A program made the translations under genes and the position numbers. Positions 36,225 to 50,792 of a stretch of DNA of 64,000 bases are shown piece after piece. Source of the stretch: Octopus sinensis (taxonomy: Eukaryota). The notes under the pieces are model-generated. The model was given only the letters and a program-made list of their open reading frames with translations. It did not search any database and was not told the DNA's origin. The stretch is from contig NC_042998.1 of NCBI RefSeq assembly GCF_006345805.1, positions 96,410,001 through 96,474,000 on the forward strand, given 5' to 3'. How positions within the stretch are numbered: the first letter of the stretch is position 1; every line of letters begins with the position of its first letter.

Positions 36225-36399
36225 AAAATGGAGATATAGATAGATAGATAGATACAAAGATAGATTGACAGAGAGAGAGAGAGAGGGAGGAGAGAGAGGG
36301 AGAGAGAGAAAGAGAAGGTCTACTAAGAAATAGAAGAGGGTTGAAGATTCCCTTTAAGAGAAGAAAATTGCTTCAGGGTTTATTACTATTATTATTATT

Positions 36400-36892
36400 G
36401 AGTGAGAGAGCAGTGCATGCCATCAAAGTGACACTGGGGTAAAATATACAAAGCTCAGTATACCCATCATGACTACCCGTCTGATAAGGGTACAGCAAGC
36501 ACATGCATCACAACCATGTGTGCGCGACATGGTGATCTCATATGAAGATAAACAGCGCATGACCTTGCAGGTGGGGCCCAGTTACAATTTTCTTCTGGTC
36601 GAGTAGCCCATCCTGCTCAAAAGATCCCTGAATAAGGATTGTTTAATGATGTTTCCAAAGGTGAATTATCCAAACTTCTAAGAACTCCTTTCAACACACG
36701 GCTATAGTGCTCCCCCACTACTTCTGCTCGTGGTCAGAGATGCACATATCGTCAGCCACTAAGAGACATGCTCAACTGATTAAGGTCAAACAACTGACAA
36801 GCAAATCTGGTATTGAGCAGAATATTTGCTGTAGCCCATCTTTTATACCAAGATCAGAAGCCATGAGAGCCAGACTGGTACTGCATCAGGGC
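36400..36892 (-). mobile_element. ORF-less element family D in (TAA)n
   Basis: Collinear with the reverse complement of 50793-51345; (TTA)n on both sides. Strand inferred from the (TAA)n tail. Confidence 0.8.
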
Positions 36893-37225
36893 ATTTATTA
36901 TTATTATTATTATTGAGTGAGAGAGCTATTATTATTATTATTATTATTATTATTACGAGAGTTCTTTTTCTTATGACTGAGAGAGCATATGAAATAATAT
37001 TTTCATAAAGTCCATTTTTTAAAAGTGTTCTAGTATTCATTCGCTCCCCCTCTCTCACATTTCTTGGCTTTCTCTTCATTCTCACTTTCCCTCCACCTTC
37101 ACTTCACTCTGTCCTTTTTCTATTTTTCTCGTCCCTCCCTAATTCTTCTGTCCCTCTGCCTCTACCTTTCTCCTCTCTCTTCACGTGGCCGGTGTTCGGC
37201 CAAGCCTGTGCCTATAGTAGAAAGG

Positions 37226-37261
<36 letters not shown>

Positions 37262-37263
<2 letters not shown>

Positions 37264-37810
37264 CCTTTCTACAATAGGTACAGGGCCTGAAATTTTGAGG
37301 GGGAGCCAGTCGATTAGATCGACCCCAATACGCAACTGGTACTTAATTTATCGACCCCGAAAAGATGAAAGGCAAAGTCGACCCCAGCAGAGTTTGAACC
37401 CAGAACATTTCGTCCGGCGCGCTAACAATTTTGCCAGCTCTTCGCTTTAATGATGATCTTTTCTACTATAAGCACAAGGCCTGGATTTTGAGAGGAGGGG
37501 TACGGTCGATTACATCGACCCCAGTACTCAACTGGTAGTTAATTTATCGACTCCGAAAGGCAAAGTCAACCTCGGCGGAATCTGAACTCAGAACGTAGCA
37601 GCAGACGAAATACCGCTAAGCATTTCACCCGGTGTGCTAACGATTCTGTCAGCTCACCTTAATAGTGATAAGAAGAATACGAATAATGATCGCTTCATTT
37701 CTGCTACAGGCACAAGACCTGAAATTTGAGGGAGGGGGATAGCCGATTTCATCGACCCCAGTACGTAACTGGTACTTATTCCATCGACCCCGAAAGGATG
37801 AAAGGCAGTC
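37262..37810 (-). mobile_element. SINE family A cluster (three partial copies)
   Basis: Cores at about 37370, 37560 and 37790. Confidence 0.8.
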
Positions 37811-37926
37811 GCTATACTTAAAACATAAATTGCCACACAAAAACACTAAAGGAAACAAGTGGGATTATGTTTTCACCTAAAGTGATAGAAATAGCACACA
37901 GATATCCTTCATATTGCACATTTTTA

Positions 37927-38510
37927 AAGCGGTGAGCTGGCAGAAACGTTAGCACGCCGGCCGAAATGCGTAGCCGTATTTCATCTGCCGTTACGTTCTG
38001 AGTTCAAATTCCGCTGAGGTCAACTTTGCCTTTCATCCTTTCGGGGTCAATAAATTAAGTACCAGTGACGCACTGGGGTCGATGTAATCGACTTAATCCG
38101 TTTGTCTGTCCTTGTTTGTCCCCTCTATGTTTAGCCCCTTGTGGGCAGTAAAGAAATAGGTATTTCATCAGCCGCTACGTTCTGAGTTCAAATTCCGCCG
38201 AGGTCGACTTTGCCTTTCATCCTTTCGGGATCGATTAGATAAGTACCAGTTACGCACTGGGGTCGATATAATCGACTTAATCCGTTTTTCTGTCCTTGTT
38301 TGTCCTTGTTTGTATTTAGCCCCTTGTAGATAGTAAAGAAATAGGTATTTCGCCCGTCGCTACGCTCTGAGTTCAAACTCCACCGAGGTCGACTTTGCCT
38401 TTCATCTTTTCAGGGTCGATAAATTAAGTAAAAGTTGCGTACTGGGGTCGATCTAATCGACTAGCTTCCTCCCTCAAAATTTCAAGCCCTGTACCTATAG
38501 TAGAAAGGAT
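37927..38510 (+). mobile_element. Head-to-tail trimer of SINE family A, young
   Basis: Full copy 37927-38160 (ggcggtgagctggcag head, gagttcaaattcc B box); junctions gaaatag|gtatttc at about 38160 and 38345; ends in (TTA)n. Confidence 0.9.
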
Positions 38511-38515
38511 TATTA

Positions 38516-38548
<33 letters not shown>

Positions 38549-39735
38549 CGCATTAAAACTAAGATGACGAACGTATTTCATAAAATATAGGCTTGGATTC
38601 TACAATTTTTGGATAATTGCATGTGTTCCAGGACAAAATTACTTCGGAAACCACTGATTTACATTCAAAACACCTGTATTCTCTGACCTCAGCACTCTTA
38701 CTGCATCATAATCCTGATCTTTCTCCAAGAACTTCCCTCAGTCAGCAACACCCTGTTATTATCTTATTATCTATGTTTTCTCTTGAAGTGCTAAACTGAC
38801 ACAAGTGAAACTAAATTGTAGAAGCACTTACAATACTCAGTTATCCTCACTTCTCAGTTAAGAAAAAAGTCTAAAAATATTTAGAGCAGCACTATATGCA
38901 CTACTTGAAGATTTCGTCTACTTAGAACAACACAATACGCATTAATTTGGAATCATAGCCTTTATGATGTCGAATAAGTTTTATACAATTACTGAACAGA
39001 GGCTATCATGGCAGAGCGTAATCGCTTAAATAATTCCATATTATTATCCCAGGTCAACTTAACAGTATTTGATATATTCTTTGTTGTTAGTCAGGTGAGA
39101 ATAAAAGTACTAAAACACATTACGATACAGTACTTCATAAGTGAAGCGGTTAAGTGATAAAAGCAAATTAAGACTATATGATAATGATTAAATACAGCAG
39201 GGGAAACGAGGCGTTTTCTTAAAATATCCATCAATTTAACATCATTTTGTTATCTAAATAAGCGTTAAGTATTGCAGAGTGAAACGTATATAAGAAAACG
39301 GCAATTCTAAATCTTCAGAGATAAACGGTTTCGTTATCAAACATTTTAGTTTTTTTTAAATTCTCATGGAAGTGGTATTGTGTAGCCTTTTTCTAAAAAA
39401 AATAATTTTTTTTCTCTGATTCATAACTAGCATCACGGGTCTTGGAATTATTGTGAATTCCTTTTATATGTGAAGCATAAAATTACATTTTTAAAATCTT
39501 GCGTGTCATCCTGAAGGTGGTCTTGACTTTTAATTTTAATTTCCCCACCACCAACACCACCACCTATACTTCATCATGGTCTAACCTCACCCAGTTGTTT
39601 ATCTGTCATTCCAACCAACTAATAACTACTTTCTGTAGATCACGAGTTTCTCCATGTGTTGGGTGTGGCAATATCTCTTTCTCTCTTTCACTCTCTTTCT
39701 TTCCTTCTCTCTCTTTCTCTCTCTCTCTCTCTTAC

Positions 39736-39781
<46 letters not shown>

Positions 39782-39791
39782 ATTTTATATA

Positions 39792-39833
<42 letters not shown>

Positions 39834-40733
39834 GGGTGTGTGTGTGTGTGTGGTGTGTGGTGTATGTATGTATGTATAAGGAAAAGAGAGAATAAATACA
39901 TAAATATATAAAATAGAAAACCTTATTGTTATTTAATCTCGTCTACAGTTGCCACTCCTTTTTGACACTTCCACCGTCTTAGTTTTACATTATTTCCTTT
40001 TCTCTCTCTTTCACCGCCATTCCTTTCTTTGGGTCCCTTTTACTTTATACACCAAAGCAATGATTTTCTAAATGTCTAGAACTGAAATTAAGACCCATTC
40101 CTTCCGCCCCCCCCCCCCTCTCTCTCTACTCTCCCTCTTCCCCCTCTCTCTCCAGACAAACTGAAGGTGACAGAAAAAATTGAAGAAAAAAAGAAAAATA
40201 TATTATATAAATAAGTGTCTTCCAAATGTAACTGGATACATTTCATTCAAAAAGATTTTACATGAGAAAAGACTTCCTATTATGTTAGACATGGGTGTAA
40301 CAACGAGCTCATCCATAAAACGCAATATTATTTTCTGTACTGTCTCTAATATCCATTGTTATTTCTAATATAAACAAAATGACTCAAATTTCAAGGGTTG
40401 GTTTATTTCATTAAATCAATCACAGCGCATCACTGGTATTTTAATTTATTCAACCTCGGTATGAGGAAATTCAGTTGATAGCGAAAGGATTTGAATTCCA
40501 AACGTAAAGTAATTGTAATTATTATTAATTATAGTAATTATTATTACCTTTTCTAATTTATATCTATTGCATACTGACGAAGTGTAATGCTTTTATTAAT
40601 GCTGTTAACCACTAGATAATCTACATGTTCTTATAAATACATTCAGATGAATCTTCCACCTTAATAGGACATTTGTTGGGATCTCTACCTCCTCTGTCGT
40701 TCATTCAGTCTAACATTTGGCGATTTATGTGAT

Positions 40734-41052
40734 GGCAACGTGGCTAATTGGTTAGGATATTTGGCTCACGATCGGAAGGTCGGGAGTTCGATTCCCGGCG
40801 GCGCATTGTGTCCTTGAGCAAGACACTTTATTTCACATTGCCCCAGTCCACTCAGCTGGCAAAAATGAGTAGTACCTGTATTTCAAAGAACTAACCTTGA
40901 CACATTCAGTGTCGCGCTGAATCTCCCTATGAACTACGTTAAAGGTACGCGTTTTTGTGGAGTACTCAGCCAGTTGCACGCTAATTTTACGAGCAGGCTG
41001 TTCCGTTGATCGGATCAGTTGGAACCCTCGTCGTCGAAACCGACGGAGTGCC
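40734..41052 (+). mobile_element. SINE family C, full length
   Basis: A box tggctaattgg, B box gagttcgattccc, body gtgtccttgagcaagacactt, tail accgacggagtgcc. Confidence 0.85.
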
Positions 41053-42229
41053 CGTTAGTGATTTATGATTGATAATCTGTTAACCAGCTGAATAAAATGA
41101 TTGGTCAATGTTTTACATTAACCCTCTTACATGATAGTCACTGATGAGGTCGCGGATGACGACGGGGACACTTTGACAAACCAAGCTGATTAATTGATTG
41201 ACCAAGCGATTAATAAAACAGTCAATTAGTCAATTGGTTAAATAGTTTAATCTATTGACAAATTAAATGATAAAGAAGTGAAATAGAACCAGTACGATTG
41301 TTAATTATGGACATAATCCCCAGATACAGCAAATGATTGATAAAAGTTCTGTCTTATTAAAAGTCCAGCAAGGTATATTTTGCTGGACTGTTTTTAGTAA
41401 AACTTATCACTTGGATGTAGCAGCGAATTCTTTATTCTAAGCGGTTTGACTATGAATAGATAACCCCAGGACTTACCATGTTATAGTTCTGGTTTCTTTC
41501 CAGACATTACTACTTAAATCAACTGCTTTTGCTGTTGTTTTGTTAGTTTTGTTTGTTGTAAAGACAGGAATTACTTAACGGTTTGTATAAAGGTCACATT
41601 CACTTTGACAGAGAAAGCTGAAAATCATTTATTCGGGATTTTAATATTTTAATATATCACTTTAATTCTATTTTGTTTCCTATCTGGATATATAGTCTCA
41701 TAGTAGCAGCACTTATTTGCTGTGTAGGACTTGGGGAGATAAGGAAGGAGATGAAGACTCTTTTAAAAAAGAAAAGTTAATTGTGGAAAATGGAAAAAAA
41801 AACTTATATATTACACTGATTTTTTAATGCAGGCATATAAGGCCTCATATTTAGTATGAGGGAAATGTCAATTAAATTGATCCCAGCACTTGGTTGGTAT
41901 TTAAAATATCGACCCGGGAAGAGTGAAAGAGAAAGTCGACCTCAAAAATAAACAGCTGAACGTAAACATGAACGATATAATTTAAAAAATAAGTATATAT
42001 ATTAAATACAACAATATAAATAATAAATATGCAGGTGCAGATGGTTGTGAACATTAACATCACAAAGCACTGAATATTTTCTCATTAAATACCACAAAGA
42101 GGTTGCATCTAAAAATATCACCAGAGATATATCAAGATTTGCTACTTTAGTGTGATTCTAAAATTTATAATACTGCTAATACTGTGATTCTAAAATTTAA
42201 TAATACTGATAAATTAACTACAAAAAATA

Positions 42230-42680
42230 ACATTGGTTTCAAATTTTGACTGAAGGTCTGCAATTCAGGGGAAAAGGAAGTCAGTTATATCAACCCTCGT
42301 ATACAACTGGTACCTATTTTAACGACTTTGATAAGATGAAAAGCAAAGTCGACTCCGGCAGCATTTGAACTCAGAACGTAAAGTCGGAAGGAATGCCGCT
42401 TAGCAGTTTTTCATTTCTTCCGGCGCAGCAACGTTCCGACAGTCCACCGCCTTCTACAAGAAGTAATACAGGTTTCAAATTTTGGCACAGGGCAACTGTT
42501 TCGGGGGAAGAGAGCATGTCGATTACATTAACCCCAGTATTTAACTGGTACTTGTTTTATCGAGTCCGAAAGGATAACAGGTAAAGTTGACCCTCGCGGG
42601 ATTTGAACTCAAAACGTAAAGAAATGCCACTTAACGATTTTTCTGGAGCGGTAACGATTCTGCCAGCCCGGCACCTTCTA
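42230..42680 (-). mobile_element. SINE family A, two diverged copies
   Basis: Cores aaagtcgactccggcagcatttgaactcagaacg and gggatttgaactcaaaacg. Confidence 0.75.
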
Positions 42681-43493
42681 CAAAGAGTGATGTCAGCCAA
42701 CATTAATATAAGCATTGCCTTTTGTTGAATCGTTTACGAAAACATATAAAAATATATTACTTTCTCAAACAATGAGACGTTTTTAACCGCTTGACAATTA
42801 AGAGGGGGAAAATGTAAATTGTTTGAACTGTGGAGTGAAATGTTTAAATTGCCAAGTGAATTTTTCAAAGAGAACATTGGCAATGTTATATACCGGACAA
42901 TTCTACGATATTGTTATTGACAAAAGACTTTAGACTCATACCCTGTTTATTAGAAGTCGGTTGGCGTCCACTGTTTATTTTGGTCACATATTTCGTTCAT
43001 GTCAGTAGGTGCCAGTATCAGTGATTATGTTCAAAGAAAAATTGTACGTGAAGATTTGCCCAGAGAGAAAAGAATCATGTTACGGAAACATTCTTAGTTC
43101 TTATATATTTAGTGGTTGTGGACAAAATCTAACGATAGTCATTCTTTCAAACAGAAATGAGTTCAGACAGATACATTTATGCTATATTGTTGTCTTTTGA
43201 ATAAGCACACATTTTTTTACTCTTTTTTTTTTTCGTAGAGGAGAAGCAAACCGAATAAAAGGTACGAATGTCTAATAACTTTTCTCTACCTAACTTTTAT
43301 ACAATTCACACTGTGAAGGTCTAGAGATTTGAAAAAAAGTTACCCTTGCATTTTATACTTGCTTCGATTTGATTTTTTTCCAGCCTAATGTTAAGACATT
43401 CACATATTGATTTACATAACTCAGCAATAAAGTGAGCGTGAAACTATGAGAGGTGAATGAGTTTCTCTCTCTCTCTCTTATCTCTCTCTACAC

Positions 43494-43530
<37 letters not shown>

Positions 43531-43955
43531 TATATATTATATATATATATAAGTTCAGCAAAAATTTAGATTCAAATGAATATGGTACTTAATTTAGATG
43601 CACCAGAATTCTGTATGGTGTATCCATAAAAATCCGTGGGGGGATTATAATCAAAATAAGCAACAAGAATGACTCCGGTAATATATATATTATATATATA
43701 TATATATATATAATATATATATATATATTATTCAAAGGAATTCCACTCTGTTTTTTATGTTTTATTTATATTCTTTATAATATTAATGTAGAATATAGAA
43801 TATATAGTATAAATTAGTATATATATTAAAATGAAATGAAATATTGATTGTCTTATTGAATAGATGAAATATTGAACATAAAATATTAAGGGACTAGTAT
43901 TCTTTCTTGCATTAAAGCAGTCTTCAAGGTCCCAGGTTGTAACAGGAGTATTTCA

Positions 43956-43995
<40 letters not shown>

Positions 43996-44021
43996 TTAGA
44001 GAGAGATAGAGAGAAAGAAAA

Positions 44022-44052
<31 letters not shown>

Positions 44053-44054
44053 TA

Positions 44055-44400
44055 CAGGGTGATTCAAAAATCTCAATACATAGGAAAAATTTATTTTTTT
44101 ACAAGTAACAGTTTATGAGATCCTCTGATCTAACCCTTCTTGATTTCTATATTTGGGGGCATTTGAAAGGTGTGGTGTATCACGGAAAGATAAAAGCATA
44201 AATCATTTAAAGGAACGCACACCAACTCATTTGCACACGTATCACCAGATGTGCTATTACGAGTTCACAATGTGTGGGATAGATGTATTGCAATGTATAT
44301 TCAAAACAATGGTAACCATATAAAGCCTGTTTAAAAAAAAAAACTGTTTCTTGTAAAAAGATAGATTATTCCTATGTATGGCGACTTTTGAATCACCCTG
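44055..44400 (+). mobile_element. Internally deleted Tc1/mariner-superfamily element (maT/rosa-like)
   Basis: TIRs cagggtgattcaaaa / ttttgaatcaccctg with TA TSDs; remnant RSSDLTLLDFYIWGHLKGVVY from 44118 (RSPDLxPxDFFLWGxLK motif) and C-terminus ..WDRCIAMYIQNNGNHI. Confidence 0.9.
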
Positions 44401-44413
44401 TACGTACATACAT

Positions 44414-44444
<31 letters not shown>

Positions 44445-44445
44445 T

Positions 44446-44512
<67 letters not shown>

Positions 44513-44514
44513 CA

Positions 44515-44938
44515 CACTTTTACTCTTACTCTTTTATTTGTTTCAATCATTTGACTGCAGTCATGCTGGAGCACCGCCTTTAGTCAAACAAATCGACTCC
44601 AGAACTTATTCTTAGTAAGCCTAGTACTTATTCTGTCGGTCTTTTTTGCCGAACCGCTAAGTTGCGGGGATCTAAATATACCAGCATTGGTATTCAAGCG
44701 ACGGTAGGGGGACAAACACAGACACACACACGTACACACATACACAAACATACACACACATATATATATATACGACGGGTTTCTTTCAGTTTCAGGCTAC
44801 CAAATCCACTCACAAGGCTTTGGTCGACACCATGCTATAGTAGAAGACATTTGCCCAAGGTGCCATACAGTGGGACTGAACCCAGAACCATGTGGTTGGC
44901 AAGCAAGCTACTTACCACACAGCAACTCTTGAGCCTAC
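44515..44938 (-). mobile_element. SINE family B, full length
   Basis: Reverse-complement match to 56986-57372. Confidence 0.9.
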
Positions 44939-45169
44939 GAAACTAATGATGTAGCCATATTTTAAGTATCTTCGTTAAAAGCTAATCCATAACTTCATTA
45001 TAGAATGTATCCTGTTGATCAATTATTCCGTTCTCAAATATTTGTAATCAGTTAACTCAAGATGAGTTCAATACCACATAATTTGGGCAAACACACCATT
45101 TCTGCCTATCAGTTGGTCAGGAGAACTGAACTATATTCCCCAATCCCACTAACGCCTACATTGATTTAG

Positions 45170-45530
<361 letters not shown>

Positions 45531-46044
45531 TTTTTTAGCTCTTTATTCACAAACATTATTGAATGGAATAGCTTCATCAATAACAATTGGTGTGCAACCA
45601 AAAACAAAACAAAACAAAAAAAACAAAACTAATCGATGGGGAATCTCTCCAACTATCTGGCACTGATTAATCATTAACATCAACGACTCATTCAGAATAG
45701 AAGTTGATTATGGTCGAAGTTGCTCTCCTCTGACCAGTTACTGGCTCTACCCATTGATAATTGTGGCGTTGTCACTAATCTGACATTTCTATGCAAATCA
45801 TCAACAATAAGGTTTTAATAAATTACTCTATCTGAAAGATTCAATCAATAATGTAGAGGCTGTATCATTAATATTCGCATTGTGTGTCTTGTATTTCCAA
45901 TGGTCAGTATTTAATATATATCGTGCTAGTATTAGTTTAGCATGAGAGTCTAATGATAAGATTGTTTTCAATAATAAGTACTCAACTGAAAAAATGTATT
46001 TCATTCAAACATAGTACATATATACATACATACATATTCATACA

Positions 46045-46105
<61 letters not shown>

Positions 46106-46415
46106 CAGGCACGTGCCGTCAATTATTACTCAGGATAGACAGTTGGTGACTTTTATGTAGTAAAACACACAAAAAATATGCGAAATACAGGCATGCGACT
46201 GAGTTGAAGGCAGAACTATTGCTGCTTTTATAGCACGTAAAGAAAAGGATGCTGTAGGAATGTACGCTGCACGTGTACTACAGCAGTACTATGCATAGCT
46301 TAAATACTGAGATTGAAAAGCAGGGGCGAATTATGCCTACCTAATCGGCAAAAAAAACCCCAAATAAAACATTTGCATTTTATGCATAGTAATCAGACTA
46401 ACCTTCATAATTATA

Positions 46416-46481
<66 letters not shown>

Positions 46482-46655
46482 TATACACACACATACACAC
46501 ATACATATAAATTTCTAAATGTCATCAACATGGACTGCCATCCAATGTATTGAAAATCTATCGCCAAAATTTCATTCAAAAATGTTTATCTTTCACAAAG
46601 TTATCAATTCTTGCCTCCAAGCCTCATATGTACACTCACCCTGCATCTCATATAA

Positions 46656-46693
<38 letters not shown>

Positions 46694-47587
46694 GTTTTTC
46701 TCTCTTTCTTTCTCTATTTCTCTCTCTCCCTTTGATGAAGAGCGCAATTGGACGTTCAACCAGCCAACCGTTATATCGTCTATCATTATATAACGTTCAG
46801 CATACATAAATATTTTATATACATACAGTATGTGTTTCTGTATTTTTACAGTTATGTATAAATTCCTGAAGCCAGATAAACACACTAACACACACACTGG
46901 CACATACACACTGATTAATTAGTTATTAGTAATCCAAAATGGTTAGGTTGTTGTTACATTAAAGCATTTCGGTATATTAATATATTTTCCACAAGGGAAG
47001 GAGGCTATGTTTCAGGGTAAGAGAAAAATAAATAAATAAATAGACATAAAGTATCGTAAATTTTCATCAGTTGGAATTGAAACCAACTGACGGTTTTCAA
47101 TCGCTACGAAGTTACGTATGGCGGCCTATTAAACAATGACATAACTGTCGGTCTCCATTATCCTCTTCATTAGCCAATCACTAAATTTCTATATTACATT
47201 GAAGGTTAACAAAACAATTCATCGGTGTGTTTGCTATCTACAGCGGCGAGGCGTGCTTCCTCATAATCTTCGTTGTTTGATTAACGAAGCACTCTTTGTT
47301 ATACACAAATTTCGCCGTTGAGTGCACACAAGTCAATGAGTGAAACTACTTACCTAGCTATTATTCTTGTATCAACTTTAATTAAATCTACTGTAAGCTC
47401 GCGAAATATCATACCGAAGATATTAATTCTGTTTTTGTTTGTTTTGCTTTCGATATTCTTTTTACATGTTATAATTCCAGCTCAGCCTTGACCGAGATGA
47501 ACTCTGACGAAAGATATACCAGTCGTGACCGGTTCAGCTTTTGCTTCAGACTTTGATACACTTCAGACATAGTGTATCAAAGACCAC

Positions 47588-47668
<81 letters not shown>

Positions 47669-50019
47669 TTCTTTCTCTCCTCATCTCTCTCTCGCTCTCT
47701 CTCTCTTTCTCTCTCTCTCTCTTACACATACACACACACACATACATGCATACATATGTAAGATATATATTACCCGTTCAAAATTACGTAATTCCATATA
47801 TGTTTTTGAGCCAGATATGAGCCAAATATGAGCCAGATATTTGAACCATATATGATGATTTGGGCCAAATACGATAACTGTGTTGATACTGTCTATTGCT
47901 GAAGTTACCTTTAGAAGTTGATGAATAGATGAAAATTGGAAACTCCCAGTCAACTCTTCCGTTTCCCTTAAAATAAAGTCATTACTCATTATCTCTCCAC
48001 TCTGGCCAATCATGTGTTTGATATGAGACTGTGCGTGTGTGTACGTGTGTATGTGTGTGCGCGCGTACACACACATACACACACATGCACACACCGCAAT
48101 AACTGCTGCAATGTCCAAGATTGATATTGACTTTAGCCAAAGGCTGTTATACTAGATTATTTCAAAGACTAGCAAGCGAATATGACTTGGCAATATGCAC
48201 TGCACTTTCGCCAATTCAGTCGCAAGTAAACGTACATACACTCTCCGCCCTACTCTTTTAATCCGACTGGAGAGTCGAGAACGTAACAGAAGGAACAGAG
48301 AGCAACAGCAGCACTTGGTCACTATTCATTTTCAACTGAATAGACTCGAGCAGTATGACTGATGTGCGATATTTGTTCCAGTTCTTTACATTTTGATTTC
48401 ATATTCAGTTTCCATTGCGAATCACTTTATCTCTTTTGGTGTATCTTACGTCATTGTTGTATACAGCGAACGTTATGCATCCTAGATCGCCGCCTGGTAG
48501 TGACTAACAAAGCTTAGCTAAACAGTCGCCTGTAATACAAACCCATGAATTGAAAAATTAGCATTTCGAAACATTTCTTTATGGGTCTAAGAGTAAGTAG
48601 CTTCCAGAATTAAGTTGCTTCTAATGTTTCTTGCATCAATGTATAGGGATTTATTATACAAATAAAAAATAAAAATGTGGAAAAAAAAATAAAACAGTCA
48701 AAAGAACAAACAAAATGAGATTACGTAAGGTGGCGGGTTACCGAGTGCAGTTTTGTTTGCGCCTTATTACTAAATCATATAAATAGCTGTAAAGATAAAT
48801 AAGTAACTGCTTTCTTCAACGACGAGCAAACGTCAGTGCACACAGGTTAATGCATAAATTAGAAACACACCTACATAACATTTATTTTATTTTATTTATA
48901 TTTGTATTTATATTTAATACCGTAATGGTGGAACAATAACGTTGTTGATCGAAGGTCTCTTATGCGCCGGTTATTAGATTAATGCATGTTTGATGGGACC
49001 ACGACAAGGGAGTGCCAGTAATTTAGTACACAACGTAAATTGTATTCGTTCGACGCGCACTAAATTTTCGGCTTCTCATCCATCGCTGATATATATTAGT
49101 GAAGGACACGCGTACAGATACACACACAAACAAACAAGAAGCAAACAAACAAGCGAACAAACATACATGTACACAAACATACACACCCATACCCACAGAA
49201 CCACCATACACTTATATATACAACGTGTATGTGCGTGTTTGTGTACGTATATGAAGGCATACCTGTGTATGGTGTATGTATATTTAGGCATATGTGCGTA
49301 TGTGTGCATATGCACGCGCCCGCACGTTGCGGTCAATTTGTTGCTGAGATATTAACTGCGTTATTATTCAAATCGTCAAGACACTTTAATCCTCTGAGAT
49401 ACAATAAATTTACAATAAATAAATAAATAGACGTATTTTCAGTGTGATCTGATATTTTGATGTGTTATAGAGTCGATGGTCAAGATTGAACTAACATATT
49501 TAATGTGATGTGCTTTAAAAATTTAATTAGAAATAATTATACCACACGGACAAGGCAACGGTATCATTTCAGCAAGTTCGTGAGATAACTCAGGTTATAT
49601 TTCTGTCTTATTTGTCCTCATCAGCGAAATATTAGAACTTGAGATCATCGTACTATTTGATATGTCGATGAGATAATCATTAGACAGATATACAATATTC
49701 TGCAAGCATAGATGTTAAAAATGGGTATTATTAGAATTAAAAACAAACACCAAAATTCATTATTCAGGGACGTCATCTGCGTAATAAACGATAGTAAAAG
49801 GAGTGTTATCATGTTTAATGTAGTGAGCAATTTTAGAGGGAGTGAGGAAGTTGATTACATTGACTCCTAGTGCTCAACTGGTAATTATGTCATCGACTCC
49901 GAAAAGCAAAGCTAACCTAGCCAACATTTAAACTCAGAACATATATCCAAAAGAAATGCCGCTAAGCATTTTGTCCGACATGCTAACGATTCTGTTCGCT
50001 CTCTGCCTTGTATTGAGTG

Positions 50020-50026
50020 AATAATG

Positions 50027-50079
<53 letters not shown>

Positions 50080-50104
50080 GATAATAATAATGATGATGAT
50101 GATG

Positions 50105-50151
<47 letters not shown>

Positions 50152-50228
50152 CATAATCATAATCATAATCATAATAATAATAATAATAATGATAATAATG
50201 ATGATGATGATGATGATGATGATAATAA

Positions 50229-50298
<70 letters not shown>

Positions 50299-50310
50299 TA
50301 ATAATAAAAT
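50020..50310. repeat. (AAT)n tract with GAT/CAT variant blocks
   Basis: Direct reading; source of the poly-I and poly-N/D ORFs. Confidence 0.95.
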
Positions 50311-50680
50311 GCGATAAAAAATAATTAGAAACATTTGCGCAACGAGTAAAAGATATTAACAGTAGCGGCGGTTAATTTTATGATGGCGATTACTGTAAAC
50401 TTATAACAGAGAAAATCAGTTAAAAAATGTTCAACTGATATAGCATGTACGCTGCGAAAAAGACCAAAAAAATATCAAGCAACAACATTATACATTCAGA
50501 TGCACCTGCATGCACTCTTGGTGCCAAACGAAAATAAACATCTTGCATCCTCCACTCTTATACAGCAAATTGCTCAAATGCCAATGCAAGGCGTCCGTGT
50601 TGTTCTCTTGACGTATTCGGCAGGGAAACATATTTCTAAGTATAAACGATACATAAGTATGAGAAAATATCAACACCAAA

Positions 50681-50733
<53 letters not shown>

Positions 50734-50792
50734 ACGACAATAATAATAATAATAACAACAATAATAATAACAACAACAACAATAATAATAAT

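Noticed and set aside
37927-38510. CRISPR-like repeat-spacer pattern
   Set aside because: The units are ~185-bp SINE monomers without unique spacers, in a eukaryotic context with no cas genes.
41059-41073. Overlapping TGATTTAT/TGATTGAT Hox-Pbx-like sites
   Set aside because: Short AT-rich motifs are expected by chance, and they lie next to repeat sequence shared with about 55430-55640.
49912-50334. Poly-Ile and poly-Asn/Asp ORFs
   Set aside because: They derive from an (AAT)n tract.
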